DNA of 35,768 bases from Candidatus Spyradosoma merdigallinarum (GCA_018713755.1 DVOG01000016.1:1-35768); one strand, 5' to 3'. Numbered from the stretch's first letter, positions 17,697 to 27,718 are shown. Translations and numbers: made by a program. The notes: generated by a model not told the origin, from the sequence alone.

Positions 17697-18665
17697 ATGG
17701 AAGAGATTCTCGTCATCAAGCCCTCGTCGCTGGGCGACATCGTGCACGCGCTCGTCGTCGTCGAATCGTTGCGGCGCCAGCGCGGGAACGTGCGCGTCAC
17801 GTGGCTTTCCCGCGACATTTTCGCGCCGCTGCTCGAAACGTGCCCGACGGTCGACCGCGTCATCCGCTACCGGCGCGAGGGCGGGCTGCGGGAAATCGCC
17901 CGCGTCGGAAGCGCGCTGCGGCGGGAACGCTTCGACCTTGTGCTCGACATGCAAGGACTGGCGCGCTCGGCGTTTTGGGCGCGGTGCGCGCCGGCTCCGC
18001 GGAAAATCGGGCGCGGGGACGGCCGGGAGTTTTCCCGGCTGGCCTTCCGCGAGCTTGCGCCGCCGCCGGAGAAAGGATTCAAGCGCGCGCACGCGGTGGA
18101 GATTCTTCTGCAGTTTCTGCGCCCGCTCGGGCTGGCGCCGGAAATTCGCGGCGAAGTCTCGTTCCCGCGGGCGAAGCTTTCCGAGAGCGTCCGCCGGCTG
18201 CTCGCGCCGGACGGCGGAGATTTCCCCGCGCCGATTCTGCTGTTTCCGGATTCGCGGCGTCCGGAAAAAGAGTGGCGCGGCTTTCGCGAACTGACGTCGC
18301 TGCTGCTGGCGGCTTCGCAGGGCGTTCCCGTCGTCTGGGTCGGCTCGAGCCGCTACGCGCCGGATCCGGCGTGGGACGCGGTCTACACCGACTTCGTTTC
18401 GCTGATGGGCAAAACGACGCTCGCGGACGTCGCGGCGCTGATTTCCCGCGCGCGCTTTTGCGTGACCAACGACAGCGGGCCGATGCACATCGCGGCGGCG
18501 ATGGGCGTTCCCGTGTTCGGCATTTTCGGTCCGACGCCGCCGGAGCGCTACGGCCCGTTCCCGCTTTCGTCTCCGAAAAACCGCGTCATCCGCGCGCCCG
18601 GCGGCGATTTGTCGAAGCTTTCCGCGCAGGCGGTCTTCGAGCGGCTGCGGGAACAGGCGGCGTAG
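17697..18665 (+). CDS. Glycosyltransferase family 9 (LPS heptosyltransferase-like)
   Basis: ILVIKPSSLGDIVH, DLVLDMQGL, NDSGPMHIAAA, IFGPT. Confidence 0.92.
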   Translation: MEEILVIKPSSLGDIVHALVVVESLRRQRGNVRVTWLSRDIFAPLLETCPTVDRVIRYRREGGLREIARVGSALRRERFDLVLDMQGLARSAFWARCAPAPRKIGRGDGREFSRLAFRELAPPPEKGFKRAHAVEILLQFLRPLGLAPEIRGEVSFPRAKLSESVRRLLAPDGGDFPAPILLFPDSRRPEKEWRGFRELTSLLLAASQGVPVVWVGSSRYAPDPAWDAVYTDFVSLMGKTTLADVAALISRARFCVTNDSGPMHIAAAMGVPVFGIFGPTPPERYGPFPLSSPKNRVIRAPGGDLSKLSAQAVFERLREQAA

Positions 18666-18746
18666 GACGCGCTGCGTTTCCCCGCGTCGAAATAAGTGTT
18701 CGACTTCGCGTCGAAATCAGAGTGTTTTATTGGAAATAATCAGAAC

Positions 18747-19556
18747 ATGTCCAAACAGATGAACAGGCGTTTTTCTCACGGGAAAGAAAAGGGCGCGGCG
18801 CGCGGCGACGACCGCAACCTCGTGCTCGTCGACGAAGATTTTCAGGACGCGGATTTCGAGGATCGCGTGTGGCTTTACTGGCAGCGGCACGGCAGAAAGA
18901 CGATCGCGGGCGCGACGGCGCTTTTCGTCGCCATCATCGCGGCGATCGTGTGGGTCGAGTCCGGGAAGATGCGCACGGCTTCGCTTCAGGCGGAATACGC
19001 TTCGGCGAAAACGCCGGAGGCGAAGCTCGCTTTCGCCCGCGCGAACGAGGGACATCCGATCGCGGGAACGGCGTATTTCGCCGCCGGACGCGAATTTTCG
19101 GAAGCCGGGAAATACGCCGAGGCCGCCGACGCCTTCGGGAACGCCGGCCGCGTGTTCGCCGATCTGGAGGATTTCTCCGCGATGCGGGATCGCGCGACGG
19201 TGTCCGAAGCGGTCGTCCGCGCGCGCGCCGGAACGGAAGGCGCGGAGGAAAACGCGTTCGCGCTGCTGAAAAAGCTCGCGGGAACGCCCGGCGCGGATCC
19301 GCTCTGCCGCGGGCAGGCGATGTACGAGCTTGCGGCGGCGGCGCTCGCCGCGGGAAATCTCGCCGAGGCGCGGCTGTGGCTCGACGAGATGGACCGTTCG
19401 CTCGATCCGTCGAATTTCTGGCAGATGCGCAAGAGCGCGCTGATTTCCGCCGAGCCGCGGCTCGCTTTCGCCGAAGAACCCGTCGCCGCTCCCGCGAAGA
19501 ACGCGGCGGAAACGCCTTCCGCGGACGCGCCCGGCGTTCCCGCGGAAAAATCCTGA
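18747..19556 (+). CDS. Membrane-anchored TPR-like protein (YfgM-like)
   Basis: DFEDRVWLYWQR, then one transmembrane helix and Ala-rich TPR-like helices. Confidence 0.6.
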   Translation: MSKQMNRRFSHGKEKGAARGDDRNLVLVDEDFQDADFEDRVWLYWQRHGRKTIAGATALFVAIIAAIVWVESGKMRTASLQAEYASAKTPEAKLAFARANEGHPIAGTAYFAAGREFSEAGKYAEAADAFGNAGRVFADLEDFSAMRDRATVSEAVVRARAGTEGAEENAFALLKKLAGTPGADPLCRGQAMYELAAAALAAGNLAEARLWLDEMDRSLDPSNFWQMRKSALISAEPRLAFAEEPVAAPAKNAAETPSADAPGVPAEKS

Positions 19557-19583
19557 ACGCCGTTTTTTCTTTCTTTTCCTGCG

Positions 19584-20576
19584 ATGTCCAGCGCGAAGTC
19601 CGACAGCGGCGGCGTTCCCGCGATTGAGGTGCGCCACCTCAGCAAGACGTTCGGGAACGTGCGCGCGATTTCCGACGTCTCGTTCGCCGTGCAGCCGGGA
19701 GAAATCGTCGGCTTCCTCGGGCCGAACGGCGCGGGAAAATCGACGACGATGCGCGTTCTCGCCGGGCTGACGCAGGCGGACAGAGGCGTCGCGCGGATTT
19801 GCGGCGTTTCCGTGGCGACCGAGGCGCTGCGCGCCAAAGCGCGGCTCGGGTATATGCCGGAAAACAACCCGTTGCCGGAAGAGCTGCGCGTCATCGAATA
19901 CCTGCGCTGGCGCGCGAAGCTCAAGAACGTGCCGCGGCGGGAAATCGCCGCCCGCACGGAAGCCGCGATGGAGGCCTGCGACCTCGCGCGCAAGGCGCGG
20001 CGCAAGCTCATCGGCGCGCTTTCCAAGGGATTCCGTCAGCGCGTGGGCATCGCCGACGCGCTGATCGCCGAGCCGGACGTCGTCATTCTCGACGAACCGA
20101 CGATCGGGCTCGATCCGCATCAGATTCTCGGCATCCGCTCTCTGATCCGCTCCCTGCGCGGGCGCAAAGCGGTGCTGATTTCCAGCCACATTCTGCCCGA
20201 AATCGAGAACGTCTGCGACCGCGTCATCATCATCAACGGCGGGCGCATCGTCGCGGCGGGAACGCCGCAGGAGCTGCGCGGCGAGTTCATCCGCGCGCGC
20301 ACGTTCCGCGCGGCGACGACGGCGCCGGCGGAAAAAATCGCGGAGGCCGCGGGCGGGCGCGTTTCCGTGGAGGAAATCGCGGCGGAGTCGGGGGGCGAGG
20401 GCGGCATGCGCGTCTTCGAGGCGCGCGTTCCCGCGGAGGAAGAAATACGCGGCGAGTCGATCGTCGAGGCGCTCGTGCGCGGCGGCTTCGCCGTGCGCGA
20501 TTTTCACGAAAAGCGCCCGACGCTCGAAGACATTTTCATCGCCGCGACGAAACGGAGCTACGACGTCAAGGAATGA
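19584..20576 (+). CDS. ABC transporter ATP-binding protein (GldA-like)
   Basis: GPNGAGKST Walker A, LSKGFRQRV signature, ILDEPT Walker B, SSHILPE. Confidence 0.95.
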   Translation: MSSAKSDSGGVPAIEVRHLSKTFGNVRAISDVSFAVQPGEIVGFLGPNGAGKSTTMRVLAGLTQADRGVARICGVSVATEALRAKARLGYMPENNPLPEELRVIEYLRWRAKLKNVPRREIAARTEAAMEACDLARKARRKLIGALSKGFRQRVGIADALIAEPDVVILDEPTIGLDPHQILGIRSLIRSLRGRKAVLISSHILPEIENVCDRVIIINGGRIVAAGTPQELRGEFIRARTFRAATTAPAEKIAEAAGGRVSVEEIAAESGGEGGMRVFEARVPAEEEIRGESIVEALVRGGFAVRDFHEKRPTLEDIFIAATKRSYDVKE

Positions 20577-21340
20577 GGCACTTTCTGATTATTTTCAAGC
20601 ACGAGCTGCGGCTACTGTTCATCTCTCCGGCGACCTACGTCGCGGGAACGGTTTTTCTTGCGCTGATGGGCGGGCTTTACTGGCTGGCGCTGCAGCGCGC
20701 GTCGGTGGGCTCGCTCGGCGACGCGCTTCCCGCGGAAGTGTTTTTTCAGCTGTTCTTCGTGCCGCTGCTGATCCTCGTGCCGCTGATCACGATGCGCTCG
20801 TTCGCGGAAGAGCGGCGCACGGGAACGCTGGGCGCGCTGATGACGACGCCGACGGGCGCGCTCCCGATCGTGCTGGGCAAATTTTTCGCCGCCTACGCGC
20901 TGTATCTTTTCCTGTGGGGGCTGGCGCTGGGCTTCCCGATTTCGGCGTGGTTCATGCTGAAAGATCTTTATCCGGACCCGCGGCTGCTCGCGGCGGGATC
21001 GCTCGCCGGCGGCGCGATTTTCGTGGCGCTCAGCGGGCTGCTTTACGTCGCGGTGGGCATTTTGGCGAGTTCGCTGACGCGCTCGATGCTCGTCGCCGGG
21101 CTGCTGACGAGCTGCGGGCTGTTCATCCTCGTCGTTTCCGGCGGCGTGCTGCAGCTGCTTCCGCTGGAAAATTACGAGGCGCTTTCCGGGATGAACGACA
21201 TCATCGAATACGTGTCCGTGTTCCGCCACTTGGAAAACTTCTCCCGCGGGCTGATCGACACGCGGCCGCTTTTCCTTTTCGGGAGCGGCGCCGTGCTCGC
21301 TCTCGGGCTGACGGCCATCAGCATCGAATCGAAAGCCTGA
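20573..21340 (+). CDS. ABC-2 transporter permease (GldF-like)
   Basis: ATGA overlap with the ATPase gene; MRSFAEERRTGT, VLGKF, FSRGLID; about six transmembrane segments. Confidence 0.9.
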   Translation: MRHFLIIFKHELRLLFISPATYVAGTVFLALMGGLYWLALQRASVGSLGDALPAEVFFQLFFVPLLILVPLITMRSFAEERRTGTLGALMTTPTGALPIVLGKFFAAYALYLFLWGLALGFPISAWFMLKDLYPDPRLLAAGSLAGGAIFVALSGLLYVAVGILASSLTRSMLVAGLLTSCGLFILVVSGGVLQLLPLENYEALSGMNDIIEYVSVFRHLENFSRGLIDTRPLFLFGSGAVLALGLTAISIESKA

Positions 21341-21347
21341 CCCGACC

Positions 21348-22955
21348 ATGCGCAAAAAATCCTCGCTGTTTTCCCTGAAAGATTTCCGCGGCGTCCGCTT
21401 TTTCGGCAGGCTTAACCGGGCGGCGCAGGCGCTGCTTGCGCTGACGCTGCTCGTCGGGCTCAACTACGTCGCCGCGCAGCCCTCGTTCTGCCTGCGCTGG
21501 GATTTGGATTTCGAGAACCGCCGCGGGCTTTGGCCGGAGACGCGCGCGCAGCTCAACGAGCTCGCGAAGCGCGCGCCGGCGGACGTTTCTCCGGAAAATC
21601 CGTGGGTGCGGCTGATCGTCACGCTTCAGCCGCCGGCCGCGGGAACGCCCGCGGAAGAGGCCGACGCGATTTCGATGCTGCGCAAGCAGGTGCTCCGCCT
21701 CGTCGACGATTTCAAATACGAGGCGCGGCAGACGCGGCGGCCGGACTGGATACGCTTCGAAACGGCGGACCTCGTGAAGAACACGCGTCTGAGCCGCGAG
21801 CTGGAGAAATACGGCGTGCTCCCGCCGACGACGGCGATCGTCGCGCTTTCCCGCACCGGTTGCCGCACCGTCACGGCGGAAGAGCTGATCAAGCTCAGCC
21901 CGGGCGAAAGCGGGACCGAGCCGGTCATCGACGGTTTTCGCGGCGAAGAGGCCGTGATGTCCGCCGTGCTCGGCGTCACGGAGGAATCCGCGCCGAACGT
22001 CTATTTTCTGACCGGGAACGGCGAGCTCGACATCGACAGCAGCAGCCGCAGCTTCGGGCTTTCTTCGTTCGCGCAGGCGCTGCGTTCCCGCTACATCGCC
22101 GCCAAAACGCTCGACCTTTCCGTCGCGCCGGACGTTCCCGCGGACGCGGCGCTCGTCGTCATCGCCGACCCGCGCGTGCCGATTTCCCCGCAGACGGAGG
22201 AAAAGCTCGCCCGCTACCTGCGGGACCGCAACGGGCGCGTGCTCGCGATGATCGGGCCGGGAACGGACAGCGGGCTGGACAATCTTCTCTTCGACTGGGG
22301 GCTGCAGATGCAGGACGTCTTCGTCGTCGAAAATTCGCCGCTGTGTCGGCTTTACGACGGGAATTTCGCCGTGCGGCGCTACCCGGCGCGCCCGCATAAG
22401 ACGGCGGAAATTCTCGTGGCGCTGAGCCTCCCCGTCGTTTCTTCGCAGTTCCGCGCCGTCGAGGCGGATCTCGGCGCGAAGGAAGACCGCACGCGCACGA
22501 TCACGCCTCTGTTTTTTTCGTCCGCGGGAACGGATCCTTCGACGGGAGCGCCGACGAGCTGGGGCGAGCGCGACTACCGCAGCGCGCCTTACCGCTTCGA
22601 CACGCTGCGCGGGGACGTGGACGGTCCCGTGCCGCTCGGCGCGGTTTCCGAGCGCACGGCGGGATCGCGGCTCGGCGTGAGCATTCCCGGCGGGAGGCTC
22701 GTCGTGATCGGCTCCGGCGACATCGCCTCGAACGCGCAGATCGAAAACGGCGGGAACAAGCCGTTTCTGATGAACACGGTCAACTGGCTGATTGACCGCG
22801 ACGTGATGCTGAACATCCCGCCGCGTCCGATTTCGCAGTTTCGGCTGAAGGCGACGCCGCCCGATTTGGCGCACGTCGGCTGGAACTTTCTGTTCTTCCC
22901 CGCGGGCTTCGCGCTTTTCGGGCTTCTCGTGTTTTACTGGAGAAAGCGCCCCTGA
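21348..22955 (+). CDS. ABC transporter auxiliary component (GldG-like)
   Basis: N- and C-terminal transmembrane helices, VYFLTGNGE, GRLVVIGSG, GNKPFLMNTVNWL; follows GldA/GldF-like genes. Confidence 0.8.
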   Translation: MRKKSSLFSLKDFRGVRFFGRLNRAAQALLALTLLVGLNYVAAQPSFCLRWDLDFENRRGLWPETRAQLNELAKRAPADVSPENPWVRLIVTLQPPAAGTPAEEADAISMLRKQVLRLVDDFKYEARQTRRPDWIRFETADLVKNTRLSRELEKYGVLPPTTAIVALSRTGCRTVTAEELIKLSPGESGTEPVIDGFRGEEAVMSAVLGVTEESAPNVYFLTGNGELDIDSSSRSFGLSSFAQALRSRYIAAKTLDLSVAPDVPADAALVVIADPRVPISPQTEEKLARYLRDRNGRVLAMIGPGTDSGLDNLLFDWGLQMQDVFVVENSPLCRLYDGNFAVRRYPARPHKTAEILVALSLPVVSSQFRAVEADLGAKEDRTRTITPLFFSSAGTDPSTGAPTSWGERDYRSAPYRFDTLRGDVDGPVPLGAVSERTAGSRLGVSIPGGRLVVIGSGDIASNAQIENGGNKPFLMNTVNWLIDRDVMLNIPPRPISQFRLKATPPDLAHVGWNFLFFPAGFALFGLLVFYWRKRP

Positions 22956-22994
22956 GCGCGTTCCCGCCGCAAAATTTCAAGGAATTCAAAGAAA

Positions 22995-25145
22995 ATGCGC
23001 TTCAAGCTCACCCTTCTGCTCCTCGTCGCCAACATCGTCACGTTCGGCTTCATTTGGCGCAACGCCGGCGGGAACGCCGAGACGGAAATTTCCGCGCAGG
23101 CGTTCTTTTCGGCGGACATTTCCGAAATCGCCGTTTCCGGCGCGAACGGCGCGGCGGCGTATGCGCTGGAGCGGCGCGGGCGCGACTGGTTCATGACGCA
23201 GCCGTTCGCGTGGCGCGCCGACGCGTTCGCCGTCAGCCGCCTGCTCAACGAACTGCGCTTTCTCGACAGCAGCATCGGTTTCTCCGTGGAGGAGGCCGCC
23301 GACGCGGGCAGCTCGCTCGCGAGCTACGGGCTGGAAGAAACTTCGGCGAAGGTCAGCGTGACGGATTCGGCGGGAACGCACGAGCTGCGGCTCGGGAAAA
23401 CGACGCCGGACGGACGCTGCGTCTACGTGCTTTCTCCCGACGGGAAAGTCATCGTTCCCGCGCCGCGGTCGCTGTTCAACGCGGTCGCGCAGACGCCGGA
23501 CGACCTGCGCAGCCGCGAAGTCTTTTCCATGCGGCCTTACGAAATCCGCGCCGTCACGGTGCGCACGGCTTTTTCCGGCGGGCGCGAGCAGCGCACGGGG
23601 CTGGTGCGCGTCCGCGGGAACGAGGAGTCGCCCGACGCGGCGCAGTGGCGCTTCGAGACGCCCGTCGCCGCCGCCGCCGATTCCCGGCTCGTGGAAAAGC
23701 GACTCGGCGAGCTCGCTTCGCTCGGCTACGTCCGCATCGTTTCCGGGGACGCGGGGGATTCCGACGCCTACGGGCTGAAAACGCCGGGAATGCGCTTCAC
23801 GCTCGACGCGGCGGACCGCAGCCGCACGCTGCTCGTCGGAAACGCAGATCCGAGCGACGCCTCCGGCGAGACGCGCTTCGCGAAGCTCGAAAACAATCCC
23901 GCCGTCTTCACCGTTCCCGCGGCGCCCGTCGAGGCCTGGCGCGACGCGGCGCGGGAAATGCGCGACCCGTATTTTCTGCGCTTCGATCCCGCGGAGCTCA
24001 TCGGCATCACGATTCACGACGGGAACGACGCGCTCGTGATTCACCGCATGAACGTCGCCCGCGGGAAGGCGGGCGAAGCCGCGGAGGACGCTTCCGTTCC
24101 CGCCGTCGCCGCGGCTCCGGACGTGGGCGCCGTCGCCGAACCGCGGCCGGAGATTTTTTCGGAAAAATCCGCCGCCGCCGCCAATCCCGTCTACAATTCG
24201 TGGCAGATGCCCGTCGCTCCCGGCTCGAGCGTGACGGCGGCGACGAAGGTCGAGCCCGAAGTCATCGCCGAGCTGATCGAAAAGCTGCGGAATCTGCGCG
24301 CGGTGCGCGCTCCGGGCGCGGACGACCCCGCGCTGTCCGCCGCCCGGCGCCGGCTCTGCGACGCGTTCGTCGCGGACGTCGCGACGCCGGAAGACATTTC
24401 TCAGATGAAGTTCAACACGCCGCTGCGCATCGTCGAGCTCGAATTCGCTTCGCCGGACGGGAAGACGCGCTCGCAGACGCTCACGATCGCGCCGGCGGCG
24501 GAAGAGGGCACGCCGATTCACGCCAAGACGGGAACGTCGATTTATTCGATCACGCCTGAAATTCTCGACGATCTCGACGCGCACGCGGCGCATTTCCGCG
24601 ACCGCCTCGTCTTCACGCTGCCCGAGGGCGGGAAAATCGTCGGGCTGAAGCTTTCCGAGCTCGACGGGCATCTCGAAAAGACGCTGCTGCGGGAAGCCTG
24701 TCCCGAAGGCGTCGCGGATTGGGCGGAAGAGCTCGAAAAGAACGCGGAGCCGTTCCCGCAGGCGCTCGCGAAGCTGATTCGCGCGACGTCGACGGTCGTC
24801 GCCGTTTCGTATCTGCCCGAACCGTTTTCGCGGAGCTTCGAGGACGACGCGTATTTGGGCATGGGCGTTCCCGAGCCGTGGCGCTACCGTGTCGACGTCG
24901 ACGTGCTTCTCGCCGACGGCGAAAAGAACACGCCGGGAAAAACGGAGACGGTGACGTATTTTCTGACGCGGCGGCTCGGCGGGACGACGCAGCTCGCCGG
25001 TTCGCCGGCGCAGGACTGCATTTTCCGCATTCGTCAGGATTTCATCGACGCCATGCACGCGCTGACGTTCAACCGTTCGGGCATCATTCCCGAAATCAGC
25101 GATCCCGACGGCATTTCCGCCGACAACATCAGGCCCGCGGAATGA
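22995..25145 (+). CDS. DUF4340-like periplasmic protein
   Basis: N-terminal anchor; repeated units W.MTQP..WRAD / W.FETP..AAAD, YGL, LRLG..; usual neighbour of GldAFG-like clusters. Confidence 0.7.
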   Translation: MRFKLTLLLLVANIVTFGFIWRNAGGNAETEISAQAFFSADISEIAVSGANGAAAYALERRGRDWFMTQPFAWRADAFAVSRLLNELRFLDSSIGFSVEEAADAGSSLASYGLEETSAKVSVTDSAGTHELRLGKTTPDGRCVYVLSPDGKVIVPAPRSLFNAVAQTPDDLRSREVFSMRPYEIRAVTVRTAFSGGREQRTGLVRVRGNEESPDAAQWRFETPVAAAADSRLVEKRLGELASLGYVRIVSGDAGDSDAYGLKTPGMRFTLDAADRSRTLLVGNADPSDASGETRFAKLENNPAVFTVPAAPVEAWRDAAREMRDPYFLRFDPAELIGITIHDGNDALVIHRMNVARGKAGEAAEDASVPAVAAAPDVGAVAEPRPEIFSEKSAAAANPVYNSWQMPVAPGSSVTAATKVEPEVIAELIEKLRNLRAVRAPGADDPALSAARRRLCDAFVADVATPEDISQMKFNTPLRIVELEFASPDGKTRSQTLTIAPAAEEGTPIHAKTGTSIYSITPEILDDLDAHAAHFRDRLVFTLPEGGKIVGLKLSELDGHLEKTLLREACPEGVADWAEELEKNAEPFPQALAKLIRATSTVVAVSYLPEPFSRSFEDDAYLGMGVPEPWRYRVDVDVLLADGEKNTPGKTETVTYFLTRRLGGTTQLAGSPAQDCIFRIRQDFIDAMHALTFNRSGIIPEISDPDGISADNIRPAE

Positions 25146-25188
25146 GTTCCCGGATTTTTTCTTTCACCACCGAAACGACAACGACACC

Positions 25189-25722
25189 ATGACCGCACCC
25201 ATCCCGCCCCAGAAAACCGCTTATTCCGCCGCCGCCGCCGAGGACGCGATTCTCGTCTTCGTCCGCGGGCGCGCGACTTACACGACGTGCCGCGCCTTCG
25301 GCGAATTTCTCGAAGCCGCTCCCGCGAGCGGGCGTTCCCGCCTCGTCATCGACCTCTCCGAATGCGCGAGTTTGGACAGCACGGTTCTCGGGCTCATCGC
25401 CGGCGCCGCCGTCGAATTCCGCAAAAACGGCGGAGAAGTTTTCCTGCAGCGGGCGACGGGGCGGACGCGCGACGTCATCGAAAACCTCGGCCTTCCCGCG
25501 TTGCTGACGCTGCTTCCGGAAAGCGAAACCGCGCCGCTTCCCGAGGCGCTGGCCGCGGGGGAAACGTCGCTTCCCGAAGCCGCTCCCGCAAGCGGCGGAA
25601 CGATTCTCCAGGCGCATGAGACGCTGATGGCGGCGAACCCGGAAAACGTCGCGCGGTTCAAGGACGTCGTCGCCTTCATGCGCGAAGACCTCATGAAAGA
25701 CTTGTCCGAAGAGCGCTCCTGA
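25189..25722 (+). CDS. STAS domain protein (anti-sigma factor antagonist-like)
   Basis: VRGRAT, LVIDLSECASLDSTVLG, ILQAHETLM, ARFKDVV. Confidence 0.85.
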   Translation: MTAPIPPQKTAYSAAAAEDAILVFVRGRATYTTCRAFGEFLEAAPASGRSRLVIDLSECASLDSTVLGLIAGAAVEFRKNGGEVFLQRATGRTRDVIENLGLPALLTLLPESETAPLPEALAAGETSLPEAAPASGGTILQAHETLMAANPENVARFKDVVAFMREDLMKDLSEERS

Positions 25723-25760
25723 GCGCGTTCCCGCCGCCGTTTTTCCTCTCTCCGTTCACG

Positions 25761-27041
25761 ATGCAGACTTACGTTGAGGCTTTGGCAGAGCTCTGCCGCT
25801 CCGCGGGATTGCCTCCGCAATACGCCGGGGACGCGGCGCTGCTGCTTTCCGCGGCGGCGTTCGCGCTGGCGATTTTCGTCGTCCAGCGCGCGCTGAAATG
25901 GACGCTGACCGCCGTCGCGCGCGTTTGGGCGAAGCGTTCCCGCAACACGTGGGACGACGCGTTCTGCGAGGCGCATTTCCCGTCGCGCGCGGCGCATTTG
26001 TTCGCCGCCGTGCTGAGCGTGCGGCTTTTCGGCGCGATTTTCGAAGAGGGGACGCGGCTGTTCGAGATTTTCCGGGCGGCGACGGGCGTCTACTTCGCCG
26101 TCGCGGTCGCGGGAACGGTCTTCGCCGCGCTCGGCGCGCTGATGATCGTCGGGATGAACGACAAACGGTTCAAGGACGTTCCGATCAAGGGCTTTTTCCA
26201 GGCGCTGAAAATCCTGGTCGCGCTCGGCGCGGCGGTTTGGGTGCTTTCGATTCTTTCGGACAAATCTCCCGCGTATTTTCTGTCGGGGCTCGGCGCGCTG
26301 ATGGCGATTCTTCTGATCGTCTTCAAGGACGCGCTGCTGGGCTTCACGGCGGGCGTGATGATTTCGGCGAACGATCTCGTCCGCAACAAGGACTGGATAG
26401 AAATTCAGAGCATGGGCGTGGACGGGGAGGTTTTCGACGTTTCGCTGACGACGGTGAAGGTGCGCAACTGGGACAACACGATCGCCAACGTTCCCGCCTA
26501 CGCGCTGATTTCCACCGCGTTCAAGAACTGGCGCGGCATGGAGACTTCCGGCGGGCGGCGCATCAAGCGCGCGATCCGCATCGACATGCAGACCGTGCAT
26601 TTCGCGTCGGAAGACGAAATCGCGCGCTGGCGGAAAATCGAGCTGCTCAAGCCGTATTTGACGCGGAAGCTCGAAGAAATCTCCGCCGCGAACGCGCGCG
26701 TTCCCGCGGAAGCTTCCGGCGTTCCCGCGAACGTGCGCATGCTGACGAATCTCGGCACGTTCCGCGCCTACTGCATGGCGTATCTGAAGGCGAACAAGCG
26801 CATCCACCAGGGCATGACGATGCTCGTGCGCCAGCTCGACCCGGGTCCGACCGGGCTCCCGCTCGAAATCTACGTCTTCACGAACGACACGCGCTGGGCG
26901 AATTACGAGGACATCCAGTCGGACATTTTCGACCACCTGCTCGCCGTGATTTCCGAGTTCGGCCTCGCGCCGTATCAGGAGCCCAGCGGGCGCAACTTCG
27001 AAGGCGCGCTTGCTCTCGCCGGACGTTCCCGCCGCGCCTGA
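25761..27041 (+). CDS. Mechanosensitive ion channel, MscS family (YbdG-like)
   Basis: FKDALLGF, DWIEI, DGEVFDVSLTTVKVRNWDNT, NWRGM, GRRIKR, TNLGTFR, GLPLEIYVF. Confidence 0.93.
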   Translation: MQTYVEALAELCRSAGLPPQYAGDAALLLSAAAFALAIFVVQRALKWTLTAVARVWAKRSRNTWDDAFCEAHFPSRAAHLFAAVLSVRLFGAIFEEGTRLFEIFRAATGVYFAVAVAGTVFAALGALMIVGMNDKRFKDVPIKGFFQALKILVALGAAVWVLSILSDKSPAYFLSGLGALMAILLIVFKDALLGFTAGVMISANDLVRNKDWIEIQSMGVDGEVFDVSLTTVKVRNWDNTIANVPAYALISTAFKNWRGMETSGGRRIKRAIRIDMQTVHFASEDEIARWRKIELLKPYLTRKLEEISAANARVPAEASGVPANVRMLTNLGTFRAYCMAYLKANKRIHQGMTMLVRQLDPGPTGLPLEIYVFTNDTRWANYEDIQSDIFDHLLAVISEFGLAPYQEPSGRNFEGALALAGRSRRA

Positions 27042-27092
27042 GGCGCGGGAACGCCGTTCGGCCGCGCCTGCTCTCGCCGGGCGTTCCCGCCG
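27005..27092 (+). repeat. Imperfect 30-bp direct repeat duplicating the 3' end of the mscS-family gene
   Basis: CGCGCTTGCTCTCGCCGGACGTTCCCGCCG (27005-27034) versus CGCGCCTGCTCTCGCCGGGCGTTCCCGCCG (27063-27092), 2 mismatches. Confidence 0.8.
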
Positions 27093-27103
27093 TTTGCCGG
27101 ATT

Positions 27104-27718
27104 TTATATCGGGAACCAGATGAAAACCGCCGCGTCCCAAAAGGCGTGGGAGAGGATGATCGCGGAAAAGCGTTCGGGGAAAAAGCGGTAGAGCGCGCCC
27201 CAGACGACGCCGGCGGTCAGCGCGGCCGCCGTCAGCATGAAGTTGCACGAGCCCGCATGCGCCAAAGCGTAGAGCAGGGAGGCCGCGGCGAAGCCGGCGT
27301 TCGCGCCCCAGCGTTCCGACAAGGTGCGCTGCACGTAGCCGCGCCAATAAATCTCTTCGGCGGGACCGATGAGCAAAAGCATCAGCGCGGCGAGCAGCCA
27401 CGGCGATTCGCCTTCTTTCATGCCGTAGATGGCGTCCACTTGCGGACGCGCGAAGTCGAACATCCAGGCCGACGCCTTGTCGCCGAGCCAGAAAACGCCC
27501 CACAGCGCGGCGGCGATCGCCGCGCCGAGCGCGACGTCGGAAACGCGCCAGCGGATCTGCCGCAGACAGCCGCGGTCGAACGCGACGGAAAGGACGCAGA
27601 GCGCGACGGCCGAGGCGGTCATCATCCGCCAAAAATCGACGTGAGGCGCCGTCGGCGGCGAGAACATCGCCGTCCACAGCGCGAAGGCGAGCGCCAGCGT
27701 GAACAGGAGCTTTTTCAC
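27104..27718 (-). CDS. CPBP (CAAX/Abi) family intramembrane metalloprotease
   Basis: GPAEEIYWRG, YALAH, ILSHAFWD; GTG start overlaps the upstream stop (GTGA). Confidence 0.9.
   Translation of the reverse strand: MKKLLFTLALAFALWTAMFSPPTAPHVDFWRMMTASAVALCVLSVAFDRGCLRQIRWRVSDVALGAAIAAALWGVFWLGDKASAWMFDFARPQVDAIYGMKEGESPWLLAALMLLLIGPAEEIYWRGYVQRTLSERWGANAGFAAASLLYALAHAGSCNFMLTAAALTAGVVWGALYRFFPERFSAIILSHAFWDAAVFIWFPI

Noticed and set aside
19584-22955. Gliding motility / type IX secretion system
   Set aside because: Only GldA/F/G-like ABC components; no gldK/L/M/N or spr genes in the window.
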